44,367 nt of DNA from Thraustochytrium aureum (Eukaryota): assembly GCA_012862495.1 (NCBI GenBank), contig BLSG01000216.1, forward strand, positions 62,986-107,352, written 5' to 3'. Position 1 is the first letter of the stretch. Each line of letters starts with the position of its first letter. Position numbers and translations under genes: made by a program. This document shows positions 31,501-44,367 of the stretch, piece by piece. The notes below the pieces were generated by a model, which saw only the letters and a list, made by a program, of their open reading frames with translations, made no database searches and was not told where the DNA came from.

Positions 31501-34500
31501 GCAGGCGCTGGCCCGAGCGGTGGCGGCACACAAGTACCCCGTGCTTCTCCAAGGGCCGACCAGCAGCGGCAAGACGACCATGGTGGGCTACCTCGCTGCG
31601 CTGACCGGGCACCGGTGCGTGCGAATTAACAACCACGAGTACACCGACCTGCAAGAGTACATGGGAAGCTACGTCAGTGATGCCAGCGGGAACCTGGCCT
31701 TTCGAGAGGGAATTCTCGTCGAGGCTGTCCGCCGCGGGTATTGGATCGTTCTCGACGAGCTCAATCTGGCCCCGTCAGAGGTCCTCGAGGCCCTCAACCG
31801 CCTCCTCGACGACAACCGCGAGCTGTTCATCCCGGAAACCCAACAAGTCGTCAAGCCACATCCAAGCTTTATGCTCTTCGCGACCCAAAACCCCCCAGGC
31901 CTCTACGGCGGCCGCAAAGTCCTTTCCCGCGCGTTCCGGAACAGATTTTTGGAGCTTCACATTGGGGAGATCCCTGCCCCAGAACTGGAGATCATTCTGC
32001 ACAAACGGTGCCGGCTTGCTCCTCCTTTCTGCAAAATCCTCGTCTCCGTCATGATCGAGCTTCAGCTGCACAGGCAGCAAAGCCGCCTGTTCGCAGGCAA
32101 GGACGGCTTCATCACGCCGCGCGATCTCCTCCGTTGGGCGAACCGCAAGCCTGCCACGTACGAGGAGCTCGCGGTGGAAGGCTTTCGCCTCCTCGGCGAC
32201 CGTGTCCGCGTTCCAGCGGACAAGCTCATCGTCAAGTCGGTAATCGAAAAGCACTGCAAAGCGGTTCTCACGGACGCCCTGCTCTACGGCGCGCGGCTGC
32301 CAACGCCCGGTGGTTCAGCTCCCTCTGCGGACGGGGAGAACCCGCTGGAAGTTGCCGCGCGGGCTGCGGCCGCGGATCCGGAGAAGGCGCGCGCTGCCCG
32401 TGTGGCTGGGATCGACCGCGTGGTTGTGGACGAGCGCCATGCAGCGGCTCTACGCGCTCGTCAAGCGCTGCCTGGAAAACAAAGAGCCCGTGCTTCTCGT
32501 GGGAGAGACCGGGTGCGGGAAAACGACGGTCTGCCAGCTTCTTGCCCTTCACGCAAGCCAAACCCTCCACATCCTCAATTGCCACCAGAACACAGACACG
32601 GCCGACATCCTTGGCAGCCTGAGGCCGATTCGTGGCAAGGCCCAACTCGTCGTCGCGATGCAACAGCTTCTCGCCGAAGCGACCGGAAAGCCCCTGAACG
32701 AGCTGCCCAGCACTGTGCAGGGCATCCAGCAAGCAGCAGAAGTGCTGGCGAAGGATGCTGCAACAGCGGCCGCTGCCGCAGAGGACGAGTCGCCGGAGAG
32801 TCGCGCAAGGCTCCTTGCGTGCTCGGACTCAGCCTCGTCGGTGCTTGGCCGTATCCGCGAACTTGCGCGGCAGCACCGTGCCCTCTTTGAGTGGCAGGAC
32901 GGGCCCCTGGTGACGGCCATGCGCGAAGGGGACATGTTCCTTTTGGACGAGCTCTCCCTGGCTGAGGACGCAGTGCTCGAGCGCCTCAATAGCGTTTTGG
33001 AACCCTCCCGGACGCTTTTCTTGGCTGAGCGAGGCGGCGACCAGGTCGAAGAGATCGTTGCTGCAAGTGCCTTTCGCGTGCTGGCCACCATGAATCCTGG
33101 CGGCGACTACGGCAAGCGCGAACTCTCGCCGGCTCTGCGCAACCGCTTCACCGAGATCTGGATTCCGCCGATTCACGACCGCGGAGACCTTGAGCTCATC
33201 GTTGGGCGCTATTTTGAGGAGGCGCAGCGCCGCTGCCTCTCGTCCGCAAAGCAAGCCCCAGCTCCGACGACCTTTGACGCGGACGGGGCCTTTGCGCGGA
33301 GCCTCGTCGAGTTTTTCCATTGGTTCAACCAAGGCGAGGCGCAAGGTGAGAACGCCCTTGTGGTTTTGAGTTTGCGCGACCTGATCTCCTGGGCAGACTT
33401 TATCGTGAGCACGACGCTTGACCCTATGTACGGCGAGCAGGGCCGTGCCTCGTGCTCCGGTTGGCAGGCATATGTTCATGGGGCTGGGCTGGTATTGCTC
33501 GACGGCCTCGGCCTCGGGTCCGGGATCTCGTTCGAGAGCTGCCAGCAACTCCGATCCAAGGCGTACGCCAAGTTGTTCGAGCAGGTGCCACTCGCTGAGC
33601 GCAGCCGCCTGGCCTCTGACGCCCTTTTAGCGCGCTGCGCCGCGGCCACAAACAGTGCCGCAGGAGTCGAAATCTCTTCGCCCTCGTTCGCCTGCCAGGT
33701 CGACTGGGAAAGGATGTCGCTGGGGGTCGACCCGTTTCACATTCCCCTTGGGCCGGTCGCCCGCAAAGACGCTTCAAGCGGAAATGCTTCGGAGTACGCC
33801 CTGGATGCCCCGACCACGTCGTTAAATTTGGCTCGCGTCCTTCGGGCGATGCAGCTGCCGCGGCCCATTCTTCTCGAGGGCAGCCCGGGTGTGGGCAAAA
33901 CGAGCCTGATCTCGAGCCTTGCGAAACGATCAGGCCACAAGTTGGTGCGAATCAACCTGTCGGAGCAGACCGACTTTGCCGACTTGGTCGGCGCAGACAT
34001 CCCAGCCGGCACTGAAGAAGGGGGCTCGGGCGGGGCCAAATTCATCTGGAGCGACGGCGTCTTCCTCGCGGCGCTGAAGGCAGGGGACTGGGTCCTCTTG
34101 GACGAGCTCAACTTGGCCTCCCAGTCGGTGCTGGAGGGCCTGAACGCTGTGTTGGACCACCGCGGCACTGTCTACGTGCCCGAGCTGGACCAGTCGTTTC
34201 AGTGCCCTCCCTCGTTCCGTGTCTTTGCTGCTCAAAACCCGTTGCAACAGGGCGGCGGCCGGAAGGGCCTGCCAAAGAGTTTCCTGAACCGCTTCACGAA
34301 AGTCTTCGTCGACACTCTTTCGGAAGCGGACTACGCCTTCATCGTCGGCAGAATGTATCCAGGAGTTGCCTCGGATCTCGTGGCCAGGATCGTCCGATTC
34401 AACGCGCTCGTTGTGCGAGACACTGTGGAGCGCCCAAAATATGGTCGCTTTGGCGCGCCCTGGGAGTTTAACCTCCGCGACATCTTTCGCCTTTGCGAAC

Positions 34501-37500
34501 TCTGCGAGAGTGCCAAGTGCCCGAGCGACCTGGCCCGGCACGTGGCGCTGGTTTATTTTGACCGCATGCGCACGGCAGCTGACCGGGACTTGATGCGCGC
34601 TGCGTTTGCCGAGTGCTTTGAGCCATGGCAGCCGCCTCGCGTCGAGCTGCGGCTGACTGCCGAGCACTTGGTGGTCGGTGCGGTCGCCTTGGTGCGGGCT
34701 AGTGGGCTCGCTGCAGACCGCGGCGGAGACCGCGTGCCGTTTCTCCCGCGCGCGTGCTTGCCTGCCCTGGAGCATGTCTCGCGCTGTGTCGAGCGCCAGT
34801 GGCCTGTCCTGCTCGTTGGGCCGTCTGGCTCTGGCAAGACGTCGCTGCTTCGGTACCTTGCGCAGGCGTGTGGGCGCCGCCTTCACGAATTCGCGGTGAC
34901 AAGCTCCACAGACTCGACGGAGCTCCTCGGCTGCTTTGAGCAGTACGACACTACGCGACACGCAGCGGCGATTGCCGCCCGCTTAGGGCGGCTGCTTCGA
35001 TCGATGCAGGCCGCATTTGCGCCGGCGGCCGCTGCTGGCGACCGCGTCGCCGCCCGCGCGCTCAGGGACCTAGAGGCTGCGCACCTTGCTGTGCACCTCG
35101 CCAAAACAACGGGTGCTCGAGTAGAGTCCGCGGCAGTTGTTGTTGGCGCGACCAAGGCAGCGCGGCGCGCAGCCGCGCATTTGGAGGGCCCTGCGCAGAA
35201 TACCGCAACCGCGCACCTCCTTGTCGAGCTCGCTGCGGTGGAAGACCTAGTTGAGCGTGGGGCTGGCGCGGCGGACGGTGCTGACACGCCAGATGGCGGG
35301 CAGGAGCCACCGCAGTCCGCGGACGAGGGCCACATCGGGGCTTTTGAGTGGGTCGACGGCACGCTGGTCCGTGCAATGGAAAAGGGGGACTGGGTCGTCC
35401 TCAACAACGCCAACCTTTGCAACCCGACCGTGCTCGACCGCCTGAACCCAGTGCTCGAGATGGGAGGCGAGCTCATGATCAACGAGTGTGGCATGGTTGA
35501 GGGCAAACCAAGGATCATCCAGCCCACCCCGACTTTCGAGTGTTCCTCGTCGCGGATCCTCAGTACGGGGAAATCTCGCGTGCGATGCGCAACCGTTGCG
35601 TGGAAATCGCCCTTTTGGAGCAGACCAAGGCGGACCTGATTCGCTCAGGAGATGGAGCCCGCGTACTCGATCACTGCGGGGTGCCTGAGAATGTAGCTCG
35701 CGCGATGCTCGCCGAGCCGGCAGCTGCACGGCCGCAAGACATTGTGCGATGGGCAAGGCAGTTTCAAGTGCAGAGAGACATGTCGCCTCATCAGCAACCG
35801 TACGAGACGCTGGAGGAGAGCTTTGAGTTCCTCTTCGGCCCGCGCGAGGCGCCACGGGCTGCCTCGCACCGGGGCTTGCGCCGAGCCGAGCTTGAGGATG
35901 CGGAGGCAGCACTGCAAGAGTGGGACGGTGACCTTGTTGGGAACCCTTCGGACCACTTTGAGCACTTGGCCGTGACTCGAGAGCCGGCGCTCGAGTCTCG
36001 CCTCTTTTGTGCCCCTCGCGACCTCGCTGCGTTTTCTTTGGCGAGCCTGACCGGTTCAGACCTGAGCTCTGGCTGAAGATCGTTGTGCAGACCGTCTCCC
36101 CGGCCGACGTGGCGCTTCGTCAAGCTGCGCTTGACCTGGCGCGCCCGGAGCTCGGGCCAGGGTTTGCTTTCGCGACCGCTCAGGCGCTTGCCCATCCACT
36201 CGCAGGCTACAATGCGGCAAGCGGTGGTGCCCGTGTCTCCGCAGAACTTTTGCCGGTGAACGCCATGCTGATCGACCGAGGGCTGCAGACTGAACCTAGT
36301 CGAAGCGAACTCAGCGGGCGACTGCTCGGCCTGGTTGCGCAGCGCGCTGTGCACGCGTACTTTGACGCCGCACAAAGCGAGGCGGCGCAGCAAGACCCGA
36401 AGGGCGAGTCCTCCGGGGCTCCACTCTCGCTTCTTGGGGCTGCCCTTCTGTTTGCTCATGGCAAGCTCAGTCGCCAGGATGTAGACGTTCCAGGACTCGG
36501 ACTCTTCGTTCCCGTCCTTGCCGCGCTGGACCATTTTGCTGGCGCTGCGATGGATGAGGTCGCACAGCGGCCCGGCCCGGGCGCAATCGCAACGGTTTGC
36601 GCGCTTGAGCGATTCTGCCAAACGCGATGGGCGCTGCGCCGCAGCCTCGACGAATCTGTCGTGGAAATGGACTCGGGCGCAGCGCAATCCGAATTGCCAA
36701 GCGGGATTCGCGAAGCGCTCAGCAGGGCCTCGGTCCTTCTAGGCGAGTGCGTCAAGGCGATGCGCGACGCTCTCGCGTCCGACGGGCGGTTCGTCTTGCT
36801 GGACGAAACCAAGCACGCTGTTCGCGCTTTGGGCCAGCTGGACGCAGAGCTTGGCCCTCTATCGAGCCGGAGCGGCCTCATTTTGGCTCGCGGGCTTGGC
36901 ATGGCCGCGGCTGGTAGTGGCCTTGCGCTTGGTGGGGCGACGCGCGAGGCGCAAACCGCACAGTCTTTGCGGAAGATCTTGCGAAAGCGCAGCGGCGCCC
37001 CGAAGCCGATGGGCTCCGCAGCACTCTATGCAACTACAGAGCGTATCCAGCGGCTCTCGTCCGAGCTTGGCGGCCTCTACGGGCGGCCTCTCGCCGAGCT
37101 CGCCCGTCAAGCCCACGCGGGCCTTTTGCTCACCCCAGGGGACTTGCGCATGATGGCAGACGCCCTTTGCACACTCGAGTGGGCAACCATCACCTCGAGC
37201 TTCAGGTGCTGGGATCGAAGCGTTTGCGGCCTGACGCAAGGGTCGACGCGGCAGAGGCCGACGGCCCCGTACCCGCCGTTCTTGCCTGCATCGACCGACT
37301 AGAAAGGTCTGTGAAGGACAAGGCAACCGCCATCCAGCAACAGGCCAGCTTGGTGCCGCACGTCGACTTGTGGGCAACAGAGCGGCTGGACGAGTCGCTC
37401 CTGGGCAGCCGCAACCCCGCCCAGTCCGCGTCTTGGACTTGGCTTGTGCTGGCACAACTGCGTCCCTTAGTGGACCATTGGTTTTGCCGCGCTCAAAGCG

Positions 37501-40500
37501 CGGCCGTCCTAGGAGCACTTCGCGGCGGGGACGGGATTACGGGCGTTCAGGACGACGTTGCCTACGCCGTGGAGGCAAGCTCGCTCGGTCCTGGCCCATT
37601 AAGCGCTCTCCAGGACCTCGTGTGGCGGCTAGAGTACGGGTCGCCACAGGGCGCTTCGCCCGAGAGCGCCTTCTCAACAGCGCCGTTTTGCGCTGCCCTG
37701 GTGACGTACTATGGCAACATGTGGGCAGGCACCTTCAACGAGCGCGACGCGGTGGATGCTGACGCTGCGAGCCACTTGGACGCGAATCTGCGCAAGTCGA
37801 TAGAGGCTGGCGCCGGCTCGACTCGCACCGGGTCCGACGTCGTTGACGTGGACGGTTGGGCGCTTCAAGCGGCAACGGGGCCGCCCAGGCTCGATCAGGA
37901 CATCGAGTCTGTCATTGCGTTTCGGCTTTTGCGCGGCGCCGGCGTCGGCCTCGATGCGGGGCAGCCGCGGGACCGCAGCGTGGCGCCGTTCGGGACGCTT
38001 GTGTCCGTTCGGGATCGTGCGCCGCGTCTCGCGCAGCTTGACATGTGTCTGGCCCATCTGCTCTTTGCACACGCTCATCGGCGGCATGGTGACGTTGCTG
38101 GGCTCGAAGCCGCAGAGCGCGCGCTGGCGGAGGTCACGTTTTCAGCGACGCAGCAGGGCCGTGCTGGAGGCAAACGGGGCTGAAACGCTGGCCTCTGTTG
38201 AGAGCACCTTGGTGCGTGAAACTCTCGCAGTTGTCGCAAGTGGTCAGGTGCAAGGTCCCAGCGCGAGCGCCGAGCTTGGCGAAAGCGCCGCCGAGCAGAG
38301 CTTCGCGTGCGCTGCNNNNNNNNNNNNNNNNNNNNNNNNNNNNNNNNNNNNNNNNNNNNNNNNNNNNNNNNNNNNNNNNNNNNNNNNNNNNNNNNNNNNN
38401 NNNNNNNNNNNNNNNNNNNNNNNNNNNNNNNNNNNNNNNNNNNNNNNNNNNNNNNNNNNNNNNNNNNNNNNNNNNNNNNNNNNNNNNNNNNNNNNNNNNN
38501 NNNNNNNNNNNNNNNNNNNNNNNNNNNNNNNNNNNNNNNNNNNNNNNNNNNNNNNNNNNNNNNNNNNNNNNNNNNNNNNNNNNNNNNNNNNNNTCTGGGC
38601 CGACAGAGCACGGCGCTGTCGGGCCTCTTGCAATGAGGCTGGAGGCGGCGCTGGAGCGTGTGCGCGACCTTGAGAAGAAGGTCATCTACCGACCCGAGTC
38701 GGGTGACGCGTATGCGCGCTTCTACGCCGAGGCCGCAGGGTTTTGCGCGACGCTCGGTGCGGTCAGCTACGTCACAAATTTGGTGCGTGCCATCGAGGCG
38801 CGCGACAAGGGCGCAGCTGTCCGAGGAGGCGCTCTGGCAAGACTCGACCAATCAGCTCTGCCAGCAGCTCTCGACCTCCTTCGGGGGCTACGCCGACCTC
38901 GTTCAGCCTTTCCTCGCCGCCCTGTTCCAAATCAAGCATGGTTTGCGAGCGATGGCAAGCAGCCAGTTCGGAGCAGAGACAACGCGAGCTCGCGCGCTTG
39001 GCCAGTCTCGCCGCGTGCTTGGGAGCTTTCCCAGTACAACCATCGATGTTGCTGGCGAGCTGACAGGGTCGCAGCTCGTTGCTCTCGAGTCTGTCCTGGC
39101 GCACAAGCGACATATGGGCCCAAGGACCTGGACCAAGTCGCTGCGCGCAGTTTTTGAGCGAGCGCTATCGTGCTTGCAGAGGAGTGGGGCTGATACGGCG
39201 TGCCCCGCCGATTGGGCCATTCTGGACTCCATCATTGGCGCCTTTGCTGATCAATTTTCTTCCGAGCGAGACGAGCGCCGCCGGAAGGAAGAGGAGGACA
39301 GCGCCGCAGTGAAGTACAAAACGAAGACGCACGTGATGGAGGGCGCGCCATCAGCTGAGCAGGAGGAAGCCGCGTTTCGCGAGATGTTTCCCGACTTTCA
39401 TGCCGAATTTGAAGCGGTGCGTCAGAGCGTGCTTGCCGAGTTGAATGACGAGCTCGAAAACGAGGAGATGCGCGACGCCGCTCATGGCAGTGACGAGGAC
39501 GAGGACGGGGGCGCTGATGACGGGGAGGCAATGCGCAAGCTCGTGGGCATGGACAAGTCCAGCTTCATCGAGATCGTCGACTCTGCCCTCAGCGTGGTAC
39601 TTGCGCCGCGCCGTGCTGGCGGCAGCAACAGCAAGGCCGCAAAGGGTCGAGGCGTTGCTGCGTTGGATATTGTCAGCCGCCCTCGCGTTCCTGGCCTCGC
39701 CTTTGGGTACCATGCTGCAGGCTGTGTGCCGGGGCCCCTCGGCTCTGGCGGGCTCTTGGGTGGGCACATCGCTGGTCTGACATTTGCAATCATGGACCTC
39801 CAACGGCGGGCTGCCCCGCTGCTGCACCGTCGATCGCGACGCAGAGGCAAGCTCGGCTTGAACGGCGCAAGGCTGCACTCGCGGGCAAGGACGGCGCTGC
39901 CGCAGAGCCTGACGCGGAGGAGGAGCTTGTGCTGCTCGACGCTGTCCCGTTTGAGCTTGACCTTTACCGTGACCCCTACATCGAGGAGGTCGTTTTGCTG
40001 GAGGAGCCGCTGGTTCAGCTGTCAGCCAAGCTCGACGCTTTGCTGCGCGAGTGGCCTGACAATGCGGTCCTGCTTCAGCTCGCGAAACTTACCATGCGGC
40101 TTCGCGAACTACCCGTGTCATGCCCGTTGATCCGCGCGCTGGTTGGAATCGAAACTCTTCTGCGTGTTGCCAACGACTGGGAAGCGGTTGCCCACAGCAA
40201 GGTATCGATCGCGGAAGAGACGCGCCCCCTCGTTCGTCTGGTGATCCGGTGGCGAAAGCTCGAGCTGGATTCCTGGCCTTTCGTTCTCGCACAGCGCGAG
40301 AAGGCGGCGCAAAGCGAGGCCAAGCTCTGGTTCTATGACGTATACCGCGTTTTTGGTGGGGATTTGGAGGAGGGCGACGGGATGGGGGCCGACCTCTTCG
40401 CGTCTATGGACCAGTTTGCCCGGACGAGCACCTTGGGGACGTTCCAGACCCGTCTGGAGCTCCTCTCTGCGCTTCGCGAGCTTTTGTCTCGGCGAGCGCG

Positions 40501-43500
40501 CGCAGGAGAAGGCGACGACGCGATTCGACGCAAAAAGAACCTCCTGTGGCACCTGGAGCAGTACTACGGGCAGTGGGTGGCCGACGTTCGCGCCACATTC
40601 GAGCGAGAGAAGGCCCCCATCAAGAAGAAGCTCAAGGACCACACGAAGCTGGCCCGATGGGACGACCGCAACTACTTTGCCTTGAAGGAGAGCGCAGAAA
40701 AGTCGCACCGTGCGCTTCACAAGCTCGCCAAGGACTTTGACGAGTTGCTGCAGCGCGTCGCCTATCCGACAATTGAGTTTGTCACCGACAGTCGCGTCAA
40801 GCAGCGAACGCCAAACGCGAAGGGGCCTCAAATTCTTGTCGAGCTCGATGACATCGACAGGCCGCATCGTCTGCGAGTCCCTCTCGTTCTCTTATCCGAG
40901 GAGGAGGAGAACGCCGCAGGTGCGGCTAGCGAAGGCGCGAGGAGCGAGGCCCTCGCGCTCGAGACCCCAAAGGGCTTCGGCGTGCGGCTGCCCCAGCTTG
41001 CGAAGCGCATGGCGAAGCTTTGCCGCAGGGATATCGTCACTGCCGCCGAGGGAAGGCTCTGGGTCGCCGGGATGCTCGCGCCAATGCACATCAACGAGGC
41101 GATCCAGAGCCGAATCCACTCCCTGCGGAAGGGCAAAGCGCCACAGAGCGCCAAGCAGCGGGCCCTCGTGGATCTCTTCAAGGAGCTTCGCGTGCACGGC
41201 ATTTCGCATGCCAGGCCTGACAACGATCTGTTGTTCCGGCCTAAAGAAGGGGCGAACGGGACAGGGTCGGCCATGGTGCACTTGTTTTCTTGCGAGCCAG
41301 TGCGAGCGAGCGCGTTTCAAGACGCCGGCACGCCGCCAGAAGTCGGCGCGGTCTGGGCGCGCTTCGACAAGGACTTTTTCAAGTCGATTGCGCAGCTGCA
41401 GAGGTTGCGCCACACATTGTCGACTGGAACATGGGTGCCAGAGATGCCATCTGCGATTTTGCAGCGTGCTCTGGGCTTTGCCGAGCACCTCTTCGAGGTC
41501 ATCGTCGACGAGCGCCGCGCAGTCCAGCGCGTGTTGGAGGGCCAGGAGATGCTGCGCGTTGCGAGCGAGGCGCTCGTCCACGTGCCCGAGGCTGTGTGCC
41601 GCATCACTCACGGCGCAAAGCAGGACATTGAGTCGCTGTGGTCTACGCTTGGCTCGCTTGGCGTAGCGCTTGCTGAGTTGGATGACCTGCAGCGTGAGGC
41701 CGGCAAGCTGCCGCAGCCGACCGAGCTCCTTGGCTTTCTCAACAAGCGCGGCGCGAGCGAGATGGCTCGAGTGGCCCGACTGCGCACAGCGGATGCGAGC
41801 GTTCCCGGCGCTGTGATGGCTGTCTCGGACCGTATCGGCGCAGCGCGCGGGCAGATTCAGGCCCTGCGCGAGCGGCTTGCAGGGCTGAACGGTCTTTCCG
41901 TAGGAGACTCGGTTACTCGCCAGCAGAGCAGTACAATGGAAGCCGTCTCTGCCAGTGATTTGGCGATATTGCGGACATCGATTGAAGACGCTCGGCGCAG
42001 CTGCACATGGATCCCGCTCGAGGTCTCAGAGGAGCTCCCAAGTCTGTGCAGCTTGGCTGGAGTTGTTGCTGGCCGCATCGCGGAGGCACTTGGAAGCGGG
42101 CGCGAGGAGAGACCTCGACCCCCCTCGCGCCGACGCCGCGCTCGGCGCACTCGACAGCGGCGTGCAAGCGATGCTCCTCGCTGTGCAGAGCGTGAGAGAC
42201 CTTACGCTCGAGCTCGCCAGTGCGCCTGCACCGAAGCGGCAAGGCGCCCCATCGGACGACAGCGGCGGGCCAGAGGAGGTAGACGAGCGCGAAGAGGCTG
42301 AGACGCTCATGGTCCACCACCAGCGCCTCCTGCAGATCGCGGAAAGCCTGAATGCGGGTGGCGTTGCCCGTGCCGTCAAGGAGGCGGTTGGGCTTCTGCC
42401 GGACGTCTTGCTGGAGCTGCACGGCGAGGAGCGCGAGGAAGCCAGGGAGCGCGTCCGGGTCTCAGTTTGCGGCTTCAAGAGCCTGCTCGGGACCTACCGT
42501 TCGCTATGCGTCGACTTGCTCGGCAGGGCGGCGCAGTTCTGCTCGCACCTCGGGCGGCTCGAGTTTCTCCTCTTGCGCGTGTTCCGGACGCTGTCGACAA
42601 ACGGGTTTTGCAAGCCGCCTGAGGAAGACGACGAGGCCGGCGAGAGCGAGGGCCAAGAAGGCGCCGAGCAAGACGGGACTGGCATGGGCGAGGGCAAGGG
42701 CCGCGAGGATGTCTCTGACCAGATCGAGGACGAAGAACAGCTCTTGGGCCTCAAGAAGGACAAGGAGGAGATGGGCGAGGAAGAACAAGGCCAGGACAAA
42801 AAGGAAGAGGAGGACGAGAAGAAGGGTGACGACGGACTCGAGATGGAGAACGACTTTGAAGGGGAGATGTTTGACGTCGACGACAAGCAAGACCAAGAGG
42901 AGGAGGACGAGAAGGACAAGAACGACGAAGAGGAACTAGACCGCGAGATGGGTGAGCTCGACCGAGAAGATGAACAGGTCGTCGATGAAAAGCTCTGGGA
43001 CGACGAGGACGAGGATGACGAGGACCAAGACCAGGAAAAGGACGACACTTTTGAAAAGGACGCCCCCATGGCTGGCGACAATGATGAGGATGACGAGCTC
43101 CGCGCCAAAGAGAGCGACGACGAAGACGACAAGAAAAAGACCAGCCCAAGGAGGAGGACAAGGACAAGCCAAGGAAGAATAACGAGGACAAGGATGAAGG
43201 CGAGGAGGACGAGGGCGATGCTGGGAACGAGGAAGAGCGGGTCGACGACGGCGAGAATGTGGAGGACAGGCACATGGACGTGCCAACTCGCGACGAGGAA
43301 GACAACAAAGAAGATGAAGGGGACCTAGACCTGCCTGAAGATATGCAACTCGAGGACGTCGAAGAAGACGAAGACGAAGAAGGGGGCGAGAACGAGGAAG
43401 ATGGCAAAGACGGAGATGATGAGAAGGAAGCTGTCGAAGGTGAGGAGGAGAGCGGCATGGAGGATGCAGAGGACGCTGCGTCGGTCTCGTCGCAGAGTGA

Positions 43501-44367
43501 TGGGGAGGACAAGGATCAGAGCAAGGAGGAAAGCGACTCGGTCGCCGACGAAGTGGACCCCCAGAGCAGCCAGAAGCAGTCCGACGAACAATTGGATGAG
43601 CAAGATGGAGGCGAAGACGAAAAGAGCGACAAAGACGACGAGGCCGAGGACGAGGCCGAGGACGAAGCCGAGCGCAAAGTCAACCTTCCTGACAACGCCC
43701 AGGACGAGGAGCAAAAGAACGACGAAATGGACAAGGCCTACGGCACCGATGCGCCAAAGCCCGGTGAGGAAGACGAAGACGGCGAGGAGGACAAGGCGAA
43801 CAAGGATAAGAAGGACTCTGTGAATGCGCGTGACCAGGCTCAGGATGAAGCGCCCAAGGAGAGCCGCGACAAGAACCAGGGCGCCGCGCAGGGCATGAAC
43901 GCGAACGAGCAGCGTGACGACAAAGACGACAAATGGGTCCCCGAGGAGCAGGGCGGACCAGAAGAAGAGGACGCCGACCCCGCCGCTGAAAACGACCCGG
44001 ACCAGCCAGAGGCTCCAAGTGCAGACCGTACGGACCGGCAGCGACCAAACCCGTGGGCGAATCCAGGGAGCGCTAGCGAGCAGTGGCACAGACGCTTGCA
44101 GATGATAGAGCAGGACGATGCTCCAGATGAGGCCAAAGCGGACCCGACTGACGAGAAGGATGGCGCAGAGGAGGACGGAGCCGATGAAGACCGACCCCCG
44201 GAAATGAATAACGAAGACAAGACGTTTGACTTCAGCAAGTCGCGGGATGAGGCCACAGAGCAGGTTCTTGCGCCATCTCTGGAGCAGGACGAGGCCGCCG
44301 AGGAAACTGATGACAAGATGGAAGAGGACAACGAGGATTCGGGTGAGCGCAAGGACACGTGACCGCT
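28573..44367 (+). CDS. MDN1: Midasin / Rea1 dynein-related AAA ATPase (3'-partial; ~12 frameshifts, two gaps)
   Basis: Walker A motifs GETGCGKT (~30091), GPTSSGKT (~31553), GETGCGKT (~32501), GSPGVGKT (~33878) and GPSGSGKT (~34818). Walker B motifs WVLLDEINLA, WIVLDELNLA, FLLDELSLA and WVLLDELNLA; also ATMNPGGDYGKRELSPALRNRFTEIW. Linker WRKLELDSW and GTGMGEGKGREDVSDQIEDEEQL, then a D/E-rich region from ~42620. The MIDAS domain is expected beyond the window. Confidence 0.97.

Noticed and set aside
44360..44362. TGA as the true midasin stop or a Sec codon
   Set aside because: The MIDAS domain has not yet appeared and the codon lies 5 nt from the window edge; another indel is more likely. Cannot be evaluated here.
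28573..44367. MDN1 and the other broken genes as pseudogenes
   Set aside because: Motifs are intact, corrected frames have no internal stops, and midasin is an essential gene where studied. The indel pattern is technical.
42620..44367. GA-rich low-complexity DNA as a repeat element or foreign insert
   Set aside because: It encodes the normal D/E-rich region of midasin.

Overview
Draft-quality eukaryotic nuclear DNA: GC-rich, gene-dense, almost intron-free, standard genetic code. There are nine N-gaps (1506-2214, 4423-4620, 7594-8025, 10114-10897, 12397-13393, 16025-16227, 26853-27450, 29069-29360, 38316-38593). Twelve protein genes are recognisable: TTLL9-type tubulin polyglutamylase (+, 5' end outside the window), ChaC-like gamma-glutamylcyclotransferase (-), ArfGAP (-), codanin-1 (+), ABC1/ADCK1-type kinase (-), D-like cyclin (-), a divergent polycystin/TRPP-like channel (+), RPS14/uS11 (-), CFAP251/WDR66 (+), a Golgi-type sulfotransferase (+), PWP1 (-) and midasin/MDN1 (+, running off the right end). 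Flagellar genes, high GC and near absence of introns suggest a flagellated protist such as a thraustochytrid/labyrinthulomycete; this is inference only. About 19 single-base frameshifts of both signs break conserved genes at homopolymer runs and are best read as sequencing errors. The most interesting observations are: (1) a TRPP-like protein whose extracellular loop carries a mucin-like repeat bracketed by two RRL motifs, plus a non-canonical pore; (2) telomere-like (telo-box) motifs and an AT-rich island in the RPS14/CFAP251 divergent spacer; (3) a head-to-head PWP1/MDN1 pair; (4) an apparently non-animal codanin-1 with several ASF1-binding-like motifs; (5) an ArfGAP lacking the catalytic Asp. 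No tRNA, rRNA, CRISPR array or transposon was recognised, and I cannot claim a demonstrated new system.
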